Below are positions 62,950-64,000 of a DNA stretch of 64,000 bases, piece after piece. The notes beneath the pieces were generated by a model, which was not told where the DNA came from, ran no database searches, and saw only the letters and a program-made list of their open reading frames with translations. Position 1 is the stretch's first letter, and every line of letters starts with the position of its first letter. The position numbers were made by a program, and so were the translations under genes. Source of the DNA: an uncultured cyanobacterium (GTDB lineage Bacteria > Cyanobacteriota > Cyanobacteriia > PCC-9006 > JAAUQQ01). Location of the stretch: contig OY970368.1 in the NCBI GenBank assembly GCA_963718615.1, forward strand, positions 5,504,001 through 5,568,000. Direction: 5' to 3'.

Positions 62950-64000
62950 ATGTTGACGGTTGCCGTAGGCCACAGTATCGATCCAGATGCCCCAGAAGCC
63001 GTTGCCGAGGCTTTGGAACAATGCCAAGGGACCCTAGCTGGGCAGATCCCTCAAGCTGGAATTGTATTCGCTGCCATTGATTTTGAGCACCAAACCATTC
63101 TCGACGAGATTTTGCGGGTCTTTCCCGAACTAGAGCTGGTGGGCTGTACAGCGGATGGTGAGCTCTCTTCAGAAATGGGCTTTCAGCAAGATTCCCTGAC
63201 CCTCATGCTGTTCTGCTCCGACGAAGTCGAGATTCGTGCAACGGTCGGACGCGATGTTTCCCAAGCCCCCACGGACATTGCTCAGGCAATGGTCCGCAGC
63301 CTAAAAGACCAAATGCAGAGCCCCATTCGCCTCTGCTTGGCCTTTCCGGACGGGTTGCGGACCAATGCTTCTACCCTGGTCAACAGCCTGCAATCCGAAC
63401 TGGGACCCGTTCCGCTGCTGGGTGGCGTGGCGGCAGAGCAACCCAAAGCTCAGCAAACCTATCAGTTCTACCGCAATGAGGTCCTACAGGATGCTTTACC
63501 CCTGCTGGTTTTCGGCGGCAGTCTCATCCTCTCCCATGGCTTTGCCAGCGGCTGGAAACCTCTCGGTAAGCGAGGTGTGGTTACTGAGGTGCAAGACAAT
63601 ATCCTCTATCGGATTGATCACCAGCCCGCCCTGGCGTTTTATCAACATTATTTTGAGAATTACAGCCCTGATGCGGCCTATCCCTTGGCCGTATTTGCCC
63701 CCGGTGAAGAGAAGTTCTTTATCCGAGGATCGGTCAGCTATGACCCAGAGCAAGGCAGCCTGACCATGGGTGGCAATGTGCCCCTCGGTGCAACGGTGCA
63801 AATTACCGACGCGGAGCGCGACGATATTGTCAACGCCGCCAAACAAAGCCTAGAACAGGCATGGAGCACCTATCCCGGCGTAGCTCCAGCCGCAGCCCTC
63901 TTTTTCTCCTGTGCCTGGCGACGATGGGTATTGGGCACCCATACCGATCGCGAATATGAAGCGATCGCCTACACCCCCGGTCGAGACCGCATTCCCACCT
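62950..64000 (+). CDS. FIST-domain sensor protein (runs off the window)
   Basis: MLTVAVGHS.DPD, VGCTADGE, FPDG, LLGGVA, SGWKPLG, FSCAWR; no stop seen before 64000; absent from the ORF track. Confidence 0.88.
   Translation, partial: MLTVAVGHSIDPDAPEAVAEALEQCQGTLAGQIPQAGIVFAAIDFEHQTILDEILRVFPELELVGCTADGELSSEMGFQQDSLTLMLFCSDEVEIRATVGRDVSQAPTDIAQAMVRSLKDQMQSPIRLCLAFPDGLRTNASTLVNSLQSELGPVPLLGGVAAEQPKAQQTYQFYRNEVLQDALPLLVFGGSLILSHGFASGWKPLGKRGVVTEVQDNILYRIDHQPALAFYQHYFENYSPDAAYPLAVFAPGEEKFFIRGSVSYDPEQGSLTMGGNVPLGATVQITDAERDDIVNAAKQSLEQAWSTYPGVAPAAALFFSCAWRRWVLGTHTDREYEAIAYTPGRDRIPT

Overview
Cyanobacterial chromosomal DNA: the HIP1 octamer GCGATCGC is frequent throughout, and there are CcmM-like, ARTO, PATAN and PEP-CTERM genes. 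About 50 CDSs; I saw no rRNA, tRNA, CRISPR array, transposase or integrase. The core of the window (about 16.3-47.3 kb) is a large zinc-starvation island with six Zur/Fur-type operators. It carries split znuAC/znuB, Cys-free hemB, Cys-to-Asp hisI, thrS, four COG0523-type proteins, a WD40 protein and a metallophosphoesterase pair. Two members are unusual: a Zur paralogue that has lost most of its sensory metal ligands, and a stand-alone CcmM gamma-carbonic-anhydrase domain. An AT-rich ARTO terminal-oxidase cassette (about 6.85 kb) sits inside the island. It is bounded by a 51-bp direct repeat that is the synonymously diverged 3' end of an unknown gene. The left end holds an EACC1-like/caspase-FGE(CLec) pair that looks like a remote diversity-generating-retroelement target, an ECF sigma/anti-sigma module with a readable promoter motif, and a papain-like protease / Trp-repeat microprotein / CASTOR-POLLUX channel cluster. 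The right end is mostly housekeeping (monomeric icd, gldA-like, polA, ABC permease, DUF1611-racemase, MEKHLA, FIST). All family calls come from motif recognition by eye; no searches were run.
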